Assembly (NCBI GenBank): GCA_054600435.1
Contig: BAAIJX010000004.1
Location: 434,001-498,000, forward strand
Reading direction: 5' to 3'
DNA from: Neophaeotheca triangularis
Lineage: Eukaryota
DNA: 64,000 nt
How positions within the stretch are numbered: the stretch's first letter is position 1; each line of letters starts with the position of its first letter. The notes beneath the pieces are model-generated. The model ran no database searches, was not told the DNA's origin, and worked only from the letters and a program-made list of their open reading frames with translations. A program made the position numbers and the translations under genes. Positions 15,152 to 27,471 of the stretch are shown here, one piece after another.

Positions 15152-17220
15152 ATGCGTCGTGTGTTTGGCATAGGCAAGAGACATGCGTCGCAAGTCCTGC
15201 CTCTGGTCGTCCGCACTCCCGAATACCGCATAACTCCGGCGATTGCAACATGTCGCCGGGAGATCGCCACCACCACCTCCAAGGTGGAACTTCGCCCATA
15301 TCAGAAAGATAGCATCAATGCTGTTTTGAAATATTTGAAAGATGGCAAAAGAAGACTTGGACTCTCCCTTGCCACAGGCAGCGGCAAGACTGTCATCTTC
15401 AGCCATCTACTTGAGCGTATTCAACCGCCGACTCCACATGCCACCCAAACACTTATTCTGGCTCATAGAAGGGAGCTAGTCGAACAGGCTGCCAAACACT
15501 GTCGGAATCTCTACCCAGAAAAACTAGTCGAGATTGAAATGGGCGCACAGCATGCGTCAGGTGCTGCAGATGTAACCGTCGCCTCTGTGCAAAGCATCAT
15601 GTCTGGAGAGCGCCTCTACAAGTACGATTCCGCACGATTCAAACTGGTTGTGGTCGATGAAGCGCATCATATCACCGGACAACAGTACATGGGGGTCTTG
15701 CAGCACTTTGGGCTTGCTGAGTCTCGCAAAGAGAATCGCATTGCACTCGTTGGCGTCTCTGCTACCTTCTCGCGCAATGATGGGGTGACGCTTGGGAAAG
15801 CCATCGATTACATCGTCTACCACAAGTCAGTGCGTTTGACGAGAACGATTTTTCTCATCAGCTAATTTGCTTCAGGGACTACGTTGATATGATTGTAGAC
15901 AACTATCTTGCCAACGCCATATTCACTACTGTCAACTCGCAAGCGGACCTCTCGAAAGTAAAGGAAGCTAGTGGCGAGTTTGTTACGAGAAGCCTGTCCC
16001 TTGCAGTCAACAATCCCCAAAGTAACGCCATTCTCGTGCGGTCTTGGTTAGCCAAAGCAAAGGACCGCCAATCTACCATGGTCTTTTGCGTGGATATAGC
16101 TCATGTGGAAGCTTTGACTGCTGCCTTCAGGGCTCATGGTATTGACGCCAAAAATGTGACAACACGCACTAGGGTCAAAGAGCGCAGGCAGTTAATTGAG
16201 GACTTCAAAGCGGGAGTGTATCCGGTCTTACTGAACTGCGGTATCTTCACCGAGGGGACTGACGTTCCAAATATCGACTGCATAATTTTAGCTCGACCGA
16301 CTCAGTCACGAAATCTGCTTGTACAGATGCTAGGTCGAGGGTTGAGGAAGTCTGCTGGGAAGGAGAATTGTCATGTTCTCGACATGGTATCCTCGCTCGA
16401 GACTGGCATCATGACCACGCCAACACTCTTTGGTTTGGATCCGGACGAAATAGTGAACAACGCAAATACAGACGACTTGGCGAAACTCAAGAAGGAACGG
16501 GATCTCGAACGGGAGGTCAAGGAAGATGAGTCGATCGACCCGCCTGGCTTTCAAACGGACGACATCTCTTCGTTTAATGTCTCGTTTACCGACTATGAGA
16601 ACGTCCATGATCTGATCGAGGATACATCAGGAGAGAGGTACATCCGAGCTATATCCCCTTTCGCATGGGTACACATCGACGACAATCGATTCATCCTTTC
16701 AGACAACAGCAGCGGTTTCCTCACCCTCAAACACGTTGTTACGAATGGCGTCAAGGACCATATCGTCATACTTACTCAAAAGCTGCCGGCCATAGCTGGC
16801 TCCAAGTCGCCTTACGCCCGACCCCGTCAAATCGCCTCTTCTCTCTCTTTCGAAGGTGCCGTCCGCGCTGCCGACACGTACGCCAAAGAGCATTTCACCT
16901 TCATCTTCATCCACAAGAATGCGAGATGGCGTCGGCGCGAGGCTACAGAGGGTCAACTCAAGTTCTTGAATGCGAAGAGAAAGCAGGAAGACAAGCTTGA
17001 AGCGCATATGGTTACGAAGGGTAAAGCCACCGATTGGATCACCAAGGTGAAACACGGAGCGCAGGGACGATTTAATCGGATGGCTAGCGATAGAAAGAAG
17101 ATTGAGAAGATGGCGGAGAAGCGGCAGGTGCTGAGTAGACAGCGGGTCGAGGTAGGCCCTGTGAATGAGCCGTCAAGGATTGGTGGCGGACGAAAGGTTT
17201 CCAGACTAGGGCATAGTTAG
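15152..17220 (+). CDS. IRC3: Mitochondrial SF2 (DExH) helicase Irc3
   Basis: Arg-rich presequence-like N-terminus; [38 protein letters not shown]-terminal [10 protein letters not shown]. Intron at 15826-15875. Confidence 0.9.
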
Positions 17221-18694
17221 ACAATCTCCTTCGAGCACACAACAGCCTGTACGCCTGTTCGATGTGGAGTGGAGACGAAAGGCGAGATGACTGTTCTGCC
17301 GCACACGCATAGATTCGCTCTACAGGCTGAACACGGGACTTTGACCCCTTCTCTCTCCTGCAAGTCATCACATTCTGCTCGCAACAAAGAACGAGAGTTG
17401 AATGTTTGTGGCATAAGCCCCTCTACATTATTGCCTACACGCTAGAGTGAACATCCAATTCATGCGTAAGAGATGGATGACATTGTGTAGACATTGTCCG
17501 CATTGCCTTAGGAAGCTTCATAATCATTTTTGAAACGTAGAATGACTTCAAAGTGACCCGCAATGGACAACATGTCCTGCAGGGTTTTGAACCTTTTGGT
17601 GACTGCTACAGCACTCTAGCGTTGGTAGCGATAGCCAAGCAGTGCATCGACAAAAGCGCCCGATGGACCAATCCCAAATCACTAAGCGCACACCTATGCC
17701 ATTGTCCAGTAAGAGATCTTCATCAAAGGCAATGACCCAGTCGCCAGAGCAAGGCACGATAATAGGCATTAAGACGCCGACGTTCTTGTAAGTAGCCATG
17801 ACACGCATATCACCGACCCGCGTTATCGTCTAGTCATTGCTTTGAACAATGATCAATGGACTTTCGCGGTCTCTGTCTAGTCTTTGCGCCATTATTGTGG
17901 CGCCTCTCACGCGCAGTCATCACTGCGTCTGTCCCTTTCAATCTCTTCGAGAGCTTCGGGTGCAGTGTGCGACAGTAGGTCTGCTCCCATAGCATTCATC
18001 GGGGTGAAAAGATTTGTGTGCGGTCTTACAGACGCTTTCCGTAGGGGAAAAGTCGCATGCGGCGGTCGAGTGCACTTGAAGGGCTTACTGGCGTGCTGGC
18101 AACGAGGTGATGGCACTGTTGAAAGATACCGGCGCGTCATGACTTGATGGAAATGCGGCAGTAGTCGAACGGACTTGCAAAAGCGGCATTCGCAACTACA
18201 GGTGGAGGCAATGATGCAGCATCTATGCGTAGCTCAATCAATCATAATCCGTACTCGGCGGGCCAGGTCGTGTTTATAAAGACTTCAACATTAGAGCGCA
18301 TAATAGATTTGTGTATCAGGTCTGACTGTACTATCGCGTTCATGCAGGCATTGAGCAATACTGCAATCCTGCTCAACGGCCACGCGCGACTCCCTTGCTA
18401 TGCTAGCATACCTTGCGTACCGTGATCGTCTCGCCATGAAACCCCTGTACCACCCACGTTCGTATTTACAGATCGCTAACTGCAGCGCGGCGCGCACGAG
18501 AACCAGAAAAAGAAGAAAAGCCATCCAGGGTGTATCTCAGAAAGTCAGCAGCAGAAGAAGCTTCGCTCGCAGTAAAAGAAGTGAAAGCAAGATGAAAGAA
18601 AACGCCTCGAGCGCCATGCGTCCGTCGTGATAAAGATGAAATCTGCTCCTGCGGTATGCCCAATAACGCCCCTTCGAAGAAAGACTAAGCATGT

Positions 18695-21600
18695 TCAAGG
18701 TCTCTTCTTTTCGCTCCGTTGATGATGGTCCCCACCCGCAACAGTGGGAGCAGCAGGTCTCGCCCGGCTAGGGGACAGCCAAGACCGTATACTGGGCCGT
18801 TCCAGCAAGTGCAATAGCAACAGCCAACCGCAAAGCACATTGACGCAATGATGCAGCCTGTAAGCAAAACTCACGCCGTAAATGGCCGCATAAAGCGCCA
18901 GACCGAAAAGCCCGCCGTCGGTGAGGTGGCGCAAGCGGCTGCGGTCGAGCCTCGGTACCATGGCGCCAGTTGAAGTGGTTTCCACGAGAAGGATCGTGGG
19001 AAGGACGCTGAGGAGGTTGTGGTGCGTGCTGAATGGCGTGAGCCAGTGGACTCCGAGGTTGTGGAGCCAGACAATTAGCACTGGTAGGTTGAGGGGCAAC
19101 ACCCAGAGCATGAGTATCAGTACGCTATGGGTTAGGTTGTAAAAGTTTTGCGCGCTGCCGGTGCCGGAAAGTGTAGTGTCTGTGGATCCTGGTGGAGAGG
19201 GTGTTGTTCGCGTGGTTGCTTCGCTTGAGGCGTGGTTCAGGGCGCGGATGGAGGTGAAGACCTGGACGAGTGTGAGGACCAAGTAGGCGAATTGGTACGG
19301 CACGACGGTTGCAACGAGTAGGAGAAGCAAAGAAGTCGTCGCGATGCGTCTGTTGAGGTTTGGCGTCGGGAAGGTGCAGGCGACGGAGCTGAATAAGGCA
19401 CAAGATGTTAGCATAGAACATACGAATCCCTTTGCAGATTGGTGTGATGTACCGAGCATCTTCGTTCCAAAGCCACAGCCTCCTAGCTTTTGCATATGCC
19501 CAAGCCAAAATGTGGGCGACGACGAGAATAGTGTAGTTGAAAGCAATGCAAACGCCAACGCTAATGAGCCCGAAAAGCGGTACTAGAAACCAGAAGAAAG
19601 GATCTTGAGAGCCAAGAAGCAGATCGTTGGCGGTAAAGTCGATATCGTTGACACTCAGAGCGCTGGAGGCACTTAACCAGCCGTGAGTCCAGGGGTGACT
19701 GCTTGCTTTCGAAAAGGAGATGGCGAGGAAAGTAAGCGCCACGAAGACTGTCGGCAAGGAAGTACGGAGACACTGATCCATGCTCTCGGAGAAAGACATG
19801 AAGACACCTGGATGGGTGGTTTAGTGAGAATATTGCATGCCACCGAGGTCGAAAGAAGAGCTTACCAGTGGCGTCGTACACCTTGAACTGCTTTCGCATC
19901 ACGATAGCCACGACTAGTAGTGGGAACGCCGCGAAGACAGTGCGATACCGAAGTACGAGCTTTCCAGCGCTACCAAGCAAATCAACCTGAAGAGAGACTT
20001 CAACAGTAGAATTGCATATCGGATCAGTCCAAAGCTGTAGTGATAAACCATCACTGTCGCCTTTGCGACCGAGTGACGGCGGCATGTACGGAGAGATGCC
20101 GTGGACGTTTATGTTTCCTTGTTTCGCATTGACGAAGTACTTTGATTCGTACGGCTCGGCGATGTACTGCCGCATTAGTGGGTGGAAGCGTTCCTCCAAG
20201 CGATCACAAGGGTGGCGATTGACTTCAAATCGGTAGGCGAACAGTGTCGAGTGTACCTCCGGTATCTTGAGCTCCATCATCATCGGTCGCTGTGGCGGGA
20301 GAACCACGTCCATCCCGTTCAGTAGGATTTCGTGGTGGCCTTTGCTAACGATGATCTGATTTTCCTCTTTGGCGCTGAACTCTGCAATCGCCCAGCCAGA
20401 AGTACGCTCATGTGTCTTATCGACGACCACAACAAAGTCATGCTGTGATATATCTGCCAGCTCGTACTGAAGGTAAGTGAATGGTCTTGCGACGTCGAAG
20501 GCGTTGATCGAGTTATTTTTAGACGACGGCAGCAGTGCGGCATCTGCCGCTGCGTTATTGCAAAGTAGTCGCATTCCAGTGTCGCCTCCAGAGAAATCCA
20601 AATGGCTTGAGATTGCGAGAGTGTGGTGGTTCGAATGTGCAGATAAGGTGTTGCAAAACAGCACGTCCAGCGCTGCTTGTCCTTCTCCGTCGTGAAGTTG
20701 TTGGTCAGTGAGCAATGTAAACTTTCCTTCGTGAACCTGCGAGGAGGCAGGGATTGGCATTGCATGTGCCCGGACGTGGCGCTTCTCGCTCAGAGATCGC
20801 AGATTCAAGCGCTCGCCCATAGATAACGTATTGGTGGAGTGATGTGCAAGGGTGAGAAGAGTGGTAGGCGTTTGCGCCAGTACACTCTTCTCTATCACAG
20901 GCTCGATTCCAGTCAGAAGGCGCTTGCGAAAGGCACCAATTCTGTCAGCCTGGGAGCGGGTCTGTGAAGGTCGCCTCACATCGACAGCATCGTAGAGTGT
21001 CTTCACCAGCGCCTTGCGGAATTGATCACACCACATGATGGCCAGATGATCCATTGCAGTCCAAACTGTGGGTATCGCGGAGGTGAAAACGGTAAAGCCA
21101 TGGGTATCAGGGACCAAGGAAGTCAGACTAGTGAATTCCGAGGGCACCATCGTGTCAAGCCCCCCTCCAGCAATGGACGCAATTGTGACTTCCGACAACG
21201 GGTTTTGATCTATGGGCTTGGAGAAAGATCGGCGCCAGAATGTGTTCATATCGTTGTAGATTGAGACCATCTCGGCGTCAAATGAGACCGGCGCACGCGC
21301 ATGCGGCGCCGAGAGCGTGACTATGGTGTTGATTGTGTGCTCCTGGTAATTCGGCATACTCAACATCTGCCTACCAACGACCCCTCCCATCGAGTGACCC
21401 AGAATTATGACTGATTTCGGGTCGGGCAGACCTTGCTCCCTCAGCGATCGTGCTGGATTGGTGTATAAAGCCAGGATGTATGCGATAGCCTCATTTAAAT
21501 ATTCTGCCTGGTCGAGCAGCGTCTGCCCATGAAACGCGGTGATATCCTCGTTGAAGTCGACAGAGAAGAAGTCGAGCGTCCTTTTACCGTCTTCCATGGC

Positions 21601-22269
21601 CCCATTGGTTCGCAGCACATCTTGAAAGTAATGCGCGGCTTCTGCAGCAATTGGTCTGACCTGCCTGTAACTTCCTGCGTTGCCGGGGATGAAGAGGACA
21701 GGGATTCCCTTGACTCTCACGTCTTGATCCACGTTGCGCTCTCTGTACAAGTAAAGCGAGTATTTACTTGCAAAGCGCGTATGCTCAGTGTCGAAGTCGT
21801 CGTAACGGTGGAAAGAAGGCGTCATGTAGGACATTGCGCAACCTTTGGGATCCAGCTGAAGACTCAAAAATGACTGCGCGATAGTCAAAAGCAACAGTAT
21901 GGCGCATATACTGGTGCTCAGCGTGAGCATCGAGCAAGACCAGGGACTTCTTAACCGTGCACGTTGCCGGTTGTCGTTGGCCATGGTCCACGCCTTATCT
22001 TCCTTCTCCCGCGCCAAACCGGGAAGGGAATGCTGTTCAACGGATGGAGCTGTGACAGAAGTGGTCGTCGACCAGGTGGAATCGGTCATAGGACGACGCG
22101 TAGATTCTTTGACCGAGTCGCCAACGCCAAACCCTCTAGCCATGTCGCTATCCGCGCCTCCGTCCCTGCTCTTCCGCTTTTTGCCATTCCTCATAACACT
22201 GGCGCCAATGTCCTCTGGGCCAAGATTCGCATCATCGTCGCCAGAGCCAGCGCTGGGGCGTCTTCGCAT
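18695..22269 (-). CDS. BST1: GPI inositol-deacylase Bst1 (PGAP1 family)
   Basis: ATG at 22269 (MRRRPS). TM segment then KGCAMSYM, KYSLYLYRE, PVLFIPGNAGSYRQVR, GHSMGG lipase motif, DHLAIMWC, and C-terminal TM helices with VPYQFAY. Introns at 19808-19865 and 19389-19452. Confidence 0.95.
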
Positions 22270-23034
22270 CGAGAGAGCAGCGACGGTGGTCTCCGAGGAT
22301 TGCGAGCATGTACGAATGGAATGTGAGGCGCAAAGGTGGTCTGAGAGTAGGCAGGCGAGTAGTGTGCGATTCGGCCAGTCTTTGATTGTAGGTGACAGTG
22401 GTAATGGAGGGTTTACAGCCTGATTTGGATCGACAAAGACAGACGGAAGGCAAGACGGCGGCGAGGTGGAAGAGAGCGGAAAGTGATGAAGGAAGGGAAA
22501 ATCAAGGTCAAGGTCAAGGTCAAGATCAAGAGAGATAGGCCAGGCCCAAAGCACAGCAGAGCAAAGCAGTTCGTGGTGCGGCGCTGGGTAAATAGACGAG
22601 CTTGGGTCAAGGGTCAAGACGTAGTTGCACACTAGCGCCGGCCGTTCTTGAACGCGAGGCGGCTCTAACGTGCTACTAGTATATGTACGTAAGGTAGTTG
22701 GGTAGGTACCTAATAACTAACTTATTATCCACAAGAAGAATATTATGAAGATTCTTAAAATCATTGTTGTTCAATTAATGGTCATTGTCTGGCACGTTTC
22801 CATGATTCGTCGTCCAGTTGCATCGAAGATACCCTACTCGAGGTCTCCCGCAGAAACGTTGGCTATCCACCTGCAGTCAGTTCTCACACAGTAAAGCAAG
22901 GTATAGGTAGTGCTTGATGAGCTTGGGTAAACATATACAAGGGAGCCTCGACAGCAACGACAAGCGCGTGTGCGCGGCAGATGAACAAAACTCCTGTTCC
23001 GACGCATTCCATGTTTTCGTCATCATGTCAAAGG

Positions 23035-23040
<6 letters not shown>

Positions 23041-23077
<37 letters not shown>
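23041..23077 (+). repeat. Poly(A) homopolymer, 37 nt
   Basis: Uninterrupted A run, preceded by TTTT, in the BST1-macrodomain intergenic region. Confidence 0.95.
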
Positions 23078-23079
<2 letters not shown>

Positions 23080-24794
23080 GCGTTGACGTTCTGTTTTACG
23101 CGATAGCGCCAGGCTCCACTTCCAACAAAACGCTGTTGGCTTGGTCTTGAATGATTATCATCATTACATAGGTACCTATGTTACCATGTTCGCTGGCCGC
23201 GCGCGGCGCGCCAGGATTGGGGATCCAGGTGTCAAGAATAAGATTCATCACTCCTAGTACCTACGCGTCCCGCCACGAAGCTCTCCTGCCCTCTTCTAGA
23301 CCATGGTAGATCCCTTTCCTCTCTTTTCTTTTCTATCCGAACGCCATACCGACCACGGACGGCCAAAAGCTGCTGGGCGCCACGCTGCGCAGCTTACTAG
23401 CAACCTAGACCAGGTCCCGTAACTACAAGTCTACTATGTAGCGATTAGAGTACATGTAGCTCTACATGCACACGATACCGGATAGCTACCGGAGCTACAG
23501 CTACGTGCATGAGCGGCCTGCAGCGATGAGCGCAAGCCGCATGCCATGTGTCGAATTGTCCATGTCATGTTTCAGGCTTGGAAGACGAATCGACCAACCT
23601 TCCGCGCCACGGATTCTTTTCCACGAATCGGATGCTGCTTATTCCTGGCTTGGATCTGGTTTATCGGTACACGCGTAGAGGTATCAAGCAGGTAAGTAAT
23701 AATCGGGAGTTGTCTACAACTCTTCCCCTTCAAGACGAAATCTAGCCATCGCATAGATTCCGCCTCCCCGCGCAATAATGATATCGCGGTGTCTACAGCA
23801 ACGGCTCCGGAATCGTACCCCTCCTTAATAATCACTTGCCGCTGAATCCTCACAGGCTCCAGTAGATCAGCAGTCGATCGAATCTATGTCGCAAACGAGC
23901 ACAGCCACAACATGTATCAAGTATCTTTGTAGGTAGCTCCGCCAAGGGAGTCGCTTCTTGCTGCTCCTTTCAGGGCAGAAGTTTCCTGAGCCGCGTAGCG
24001 ACCATCGTGGGTAGAAAGTCCAGACCGCTTTACTCTCAAGCGCTGGAAAATACGGGTGCCTACGAGAGCTATTAGAGTTCACTACCTGCTGCCTCGAAAG
24101 GCTTGCAATGCTTCCTTCCTATCCCCCGCGCCTGGAGGGGAAGCCAAAAAGAAAATAGAAACCCGCCCCACCCCGCCGTACTCTCATATAAAAGTCTCAC
24201 TCGACCATTGTTGTTTTCAAGCTCGCTACCTAGCATCTGGCCAGGCATTCTCCTGCGAATATGCGCGTTTTCGCAGCCAAGTCGAAGGGTAACGTAGGGA
24301 GTACAGGCAGCGGCTTAACCTATCATTGTTTTAATAATGAAGGCATAGTCCAAGTCAAATGCCTCCATAGGGATTGACGCTCGACTGCGTGCATTTGAAG
24401 TTTAACCTCTGTTCACCCTCACGTGTGCACTGAGTTTGAACAGCTCAGAGCAGTTTACAGTGATCGTGAAAGCAGCCATGTCGTGCCGTATCCAGGGCAG
24501 GATCCCAGATGTTGGGAGTAGTGGACCGCTCGCGATCTCGTAGAAGTGATGCCAAGGCTGATGTGTCGAGTCAAGCTCGGCTTTCCTGCCCTACCTCCTA
24601 CGACTTCCACGTTCGTTGCCCCTCACCTGCAACACCAACCCCACGTTTCACATGCATAGAAAGGTACCTACTCTACCTTACCTTTTACAACACCACGAGG
24701 TACCATCTTCAAACAAGGTATCTTGCCTTACAATAGCAGCCTACACCTATGCTATAGGTAGCATTACATGCCACTGCTCAGCAAACTCTCCAAA

Positions 24795-25721
24795 ATGGCT
24801 ACCACGACAGCACCAACAACAATCTCCCTCACAACTCTCCCGACCCTGGCCAACCTCTATGCCTCCAAAACCCTCCACGCGCACCCAAAAGGCACCTACC
24901 ATTCAGCGAACAGCACCCTCAACACCCACATCTCCCTCATCCGCACCGATATCACCAAACTCCAAGTCGCCGCCATCGTCAACGCCGCCAACGAATCCCT
25001 CCTGGGCGGCGGCGGCGTGGACGGCGCCATCCACCGCGCTGCTGGCCCTAAACTGCTCGATGAGTGCGAGAAGCTCAACGGCTGCGACACGGGAGATGCG
25101 AAAATCACAGATGCGTACGATCTGCCCTGCGACAAGGTCATTCATGCTGTGGGGCCTGTTTACTGGAGCGCCAAGCGGTACGGCAAGCATAAGATGCTGC
25201 TGCAGAACTGTTACTGGAAGAGCTTGGAGCTGGCGGTGGCGAGTGGGTGCACGAGTATTGCTTTTAGTGCGCTGAGCACGGGCGTTTACGGGTATCCGAG
25301 TTTTGAGGCTGCGTTTGCTGCGCTGGAGGTGGTTAAGCAGTGGTTGGACCATGATGAGAAAAAGGCGGCGCAGTTGGAGAGGATTGTGTTTTGTTCGTTT
25401 ATGGAGAAGGATGAGAAGGTATATGAGGAGTTGGCGCCTTACTTTTTCCATCCTCCTGTTGATGGTGGGGGGGATGGGAAGGCTGAGGGGTTGGTGGCGG
25501 TTGGTCAGAACACAACAAGGGAGGAGGTCAAGGAGGAGAAAGAGGATGTGAAGAAGCAGGACGAGAAAGATGTCAAGGCCGAGGTGCATGACGGTGTTGA
25601 AGATGGAGCCATCAAGGACAGCCGTGTCTCAGATCTTCCGGATGTGCCTAAGGATCAGCCGAAAGAGGAGGACCAGCCCGATGCGAAAAAGCAGAAGATT
25701 GAGCCGGAGACTGCTGAGTAG
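24795..25721 (+). CDS. Macrodomain protein (MacroD/YmdB-type ADP-ribose glycohydrolase) with acidic tail
   Basis: DITKL, AIVNAANESLLGGGGVDGAIHRAAG, VIHAVGP, SIAFSALSTGVYGYP. ATG at 24795 has a good context; an upstream in-frame ATG lies at 24768. Confidence 0.92.
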   Translation: MATTTAPTTISLTTLPTLANLYASKTLHAHPKGTYHSANSTLNTHISLIRTDITKLQVAAIVNAANESLLGGGGVDGAIHRAAGPKLLDECEKLNGCDTGDAKITDAYDLPCDKVIHAVGPVYWSAKRYGKHKMLLQNCYWKSLELAVASGCTSIAFSALSTGVYGYPSFEAAFAALEVVKQWLDHDEKKAAQLERIVFCSFMEKDEKVYEELAPYFFHPPVDGGGDGKAEGLVAVGQNTTREEVKEEKEDVKKQDEKDVKAEVHDGVEDGAIKDSRVSDLPDVPKDQPKEEDQPDAKKQKIEPETAE

Positions 25722-25885
25722 GAAGCGGCGCGGAATCACGGCGGCTTGATGCGTAAAACGGCGTTTTGGAGAGCAAGATACCCAGCATGCATTATGGTAT
25801 TATTTAGCGCGTGGTTGCGGAGGAACTGATTCGATGGGTTGCGTATCACTAGCTAGTGACAATCTCTAAGCAGCCTCGGTCCTAA

Positions 25886-27131
25886 TCATGCATTCTCTTT
25901 GCTTCCCTTCTCGAACACAAACAGAGCTTCATCTTTCCCAGCGAAGCTTGGCAGAGGTATTTGGAGTAGTTTGTGCCAGACTGGCATCTCTCTCGCGATC
26001 CACTCGGAGATGAGCTCCTCTTTAAAAGCCGTAAAGCCGTTCGTGTTCTGCGTGCCGGCGACAACGATTGTGCTGCCCTCTGTGGAACATGTCAGTAGCC
26101 GAAGCGACAGAAATGCATCCTAATCAAGCCAACTTACTATAAGTCTTGAGCATATTACTCGTAAACTCCAACCCCACCTGTGGATACACCAACAACAACA
26201 CAGCATCCTTGCCGCCCTCATTCTGCTCTAGCCACTTCTTCCCATCCATCTCTATCGTATCGCCCACCCACATGGTCCTCCACTCACTGATCCCATTATC
26301 CACAGGTACGACCTCCAGCTTCTTCTTCCCCTCGGCTATCCTTCTGAGCATATACGTCCAGTACCCATTCCCACTACCCAAGTCCAAGATCCTCCTGCCA
26401 CGTGAGAGCTGCTGGATGATCGTCAGAGCTTCGTAGGTTGGGCATATGCAGCCGAAATGGTGGTAGATGACTGGCAGAGTGGCGTGGGAGTGTTTAACAT
26501 TGGCTGTCGAGGCTTCTGGGCCGCCCCATTGGAGGTTTTGGTTCGAGTAGGCCCAGTAGTCTAGGTAGGGGTTGACGTGGGCTTTGTTCTTGGGGACAAG
26601 GATTTTGCTGTCGGTTGGAGGAGGCTGGTAGAGGGATTTGAGGTGTGTTGCAACATCTGCGCGGATGGATTCCCTTTTCGCGTTTGAGGCTAGGCCGATG
26701 AGGGCTTTGGATGTGCTGGTCGTTGGGCGGAAGATGTCGGTGTAGGCTGCTATGTCTACTGCGGGAGGTGGTGTTCTCTGTGTCGACGAGTCTCAGACGG
26801 GCTGTACCAATTGGATGAGACAAGCTCTCAGTCGGTAGTAGGATTGGGGTTGGGAACAAACCTGGTTTCCTTCGGCATCTTTGTACCAGGCGTGGAGGCC
26901 GCCTTGCCCTCCAAACTCGACATAGGTTTGCGCTTGAAGAAGTGTGACCTCTGCTGTGGCCTTGTAGGGGTAGCTGTCACGCGGCGAGAGGCCAAAGGAC
27001 TTGATGATGAATTTGCGGAAGTCGTTGTCGTACGGTGGGCCTATTTCTTCTTTCTGCCAGGCGTCGAAGAAGGTGTCGGGGTCGAAGGCTGATGAGCCTT
27101 CGGTTTGGGCTTTCTTTGGAATCGACGGCAT
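25886..27131 (-). CDS. Conserved fungal hypothetical protein with a class I SAM-methyltransferase-like motif
   Basis: Exons 27131-26862, 26777-26138 and 26079-25886 splice in frame. Contains HHFGCICPTYEAL...ILDLGSGNGYW...VPVDNG...LLLVYP...VVAGTQN...PLPSFAGKDEALFVF. Confidence 0.78.
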
Positions 27132-27471
27132 AGCGACGAGTACGGGACCAGTCCTGTCTTTCTGGGAAGTAGGTTGAACTAGCCGGAGCGGCTTGGTGGG
27201 ATATGTGTAGGAAGTCCCAGTCATCCATGGATGTCAATGAGTTTCACATGTGAATTTTGACTTTCCTTCAATCCAAGGAATAGGACGTCATCATCCAAGG
27301 GTACCTAGCTACCGTACCTAGGTACCTAGGTTATGTTGATGCGCGCCAACCGCGAAAGGAGCACGCTGCATCGACACCTCGCTTGCTCGCCCGGGCCCCC
27401 CGTGATGTTGCATCTGATATCAACACATCGAACAAAAACTTGCCTTCTGCGAAAACGGCTATCACATTGAA

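Noticed and set aside
22270..22632. N-terminal 121 codons of the 1023-aa ORF upstream of BST1
   Set aside because: Starts at a non-ATG codon and runs through low-complexity leader sequence (LDLDLD repeat). The ATG at 22269 is the plausible start.
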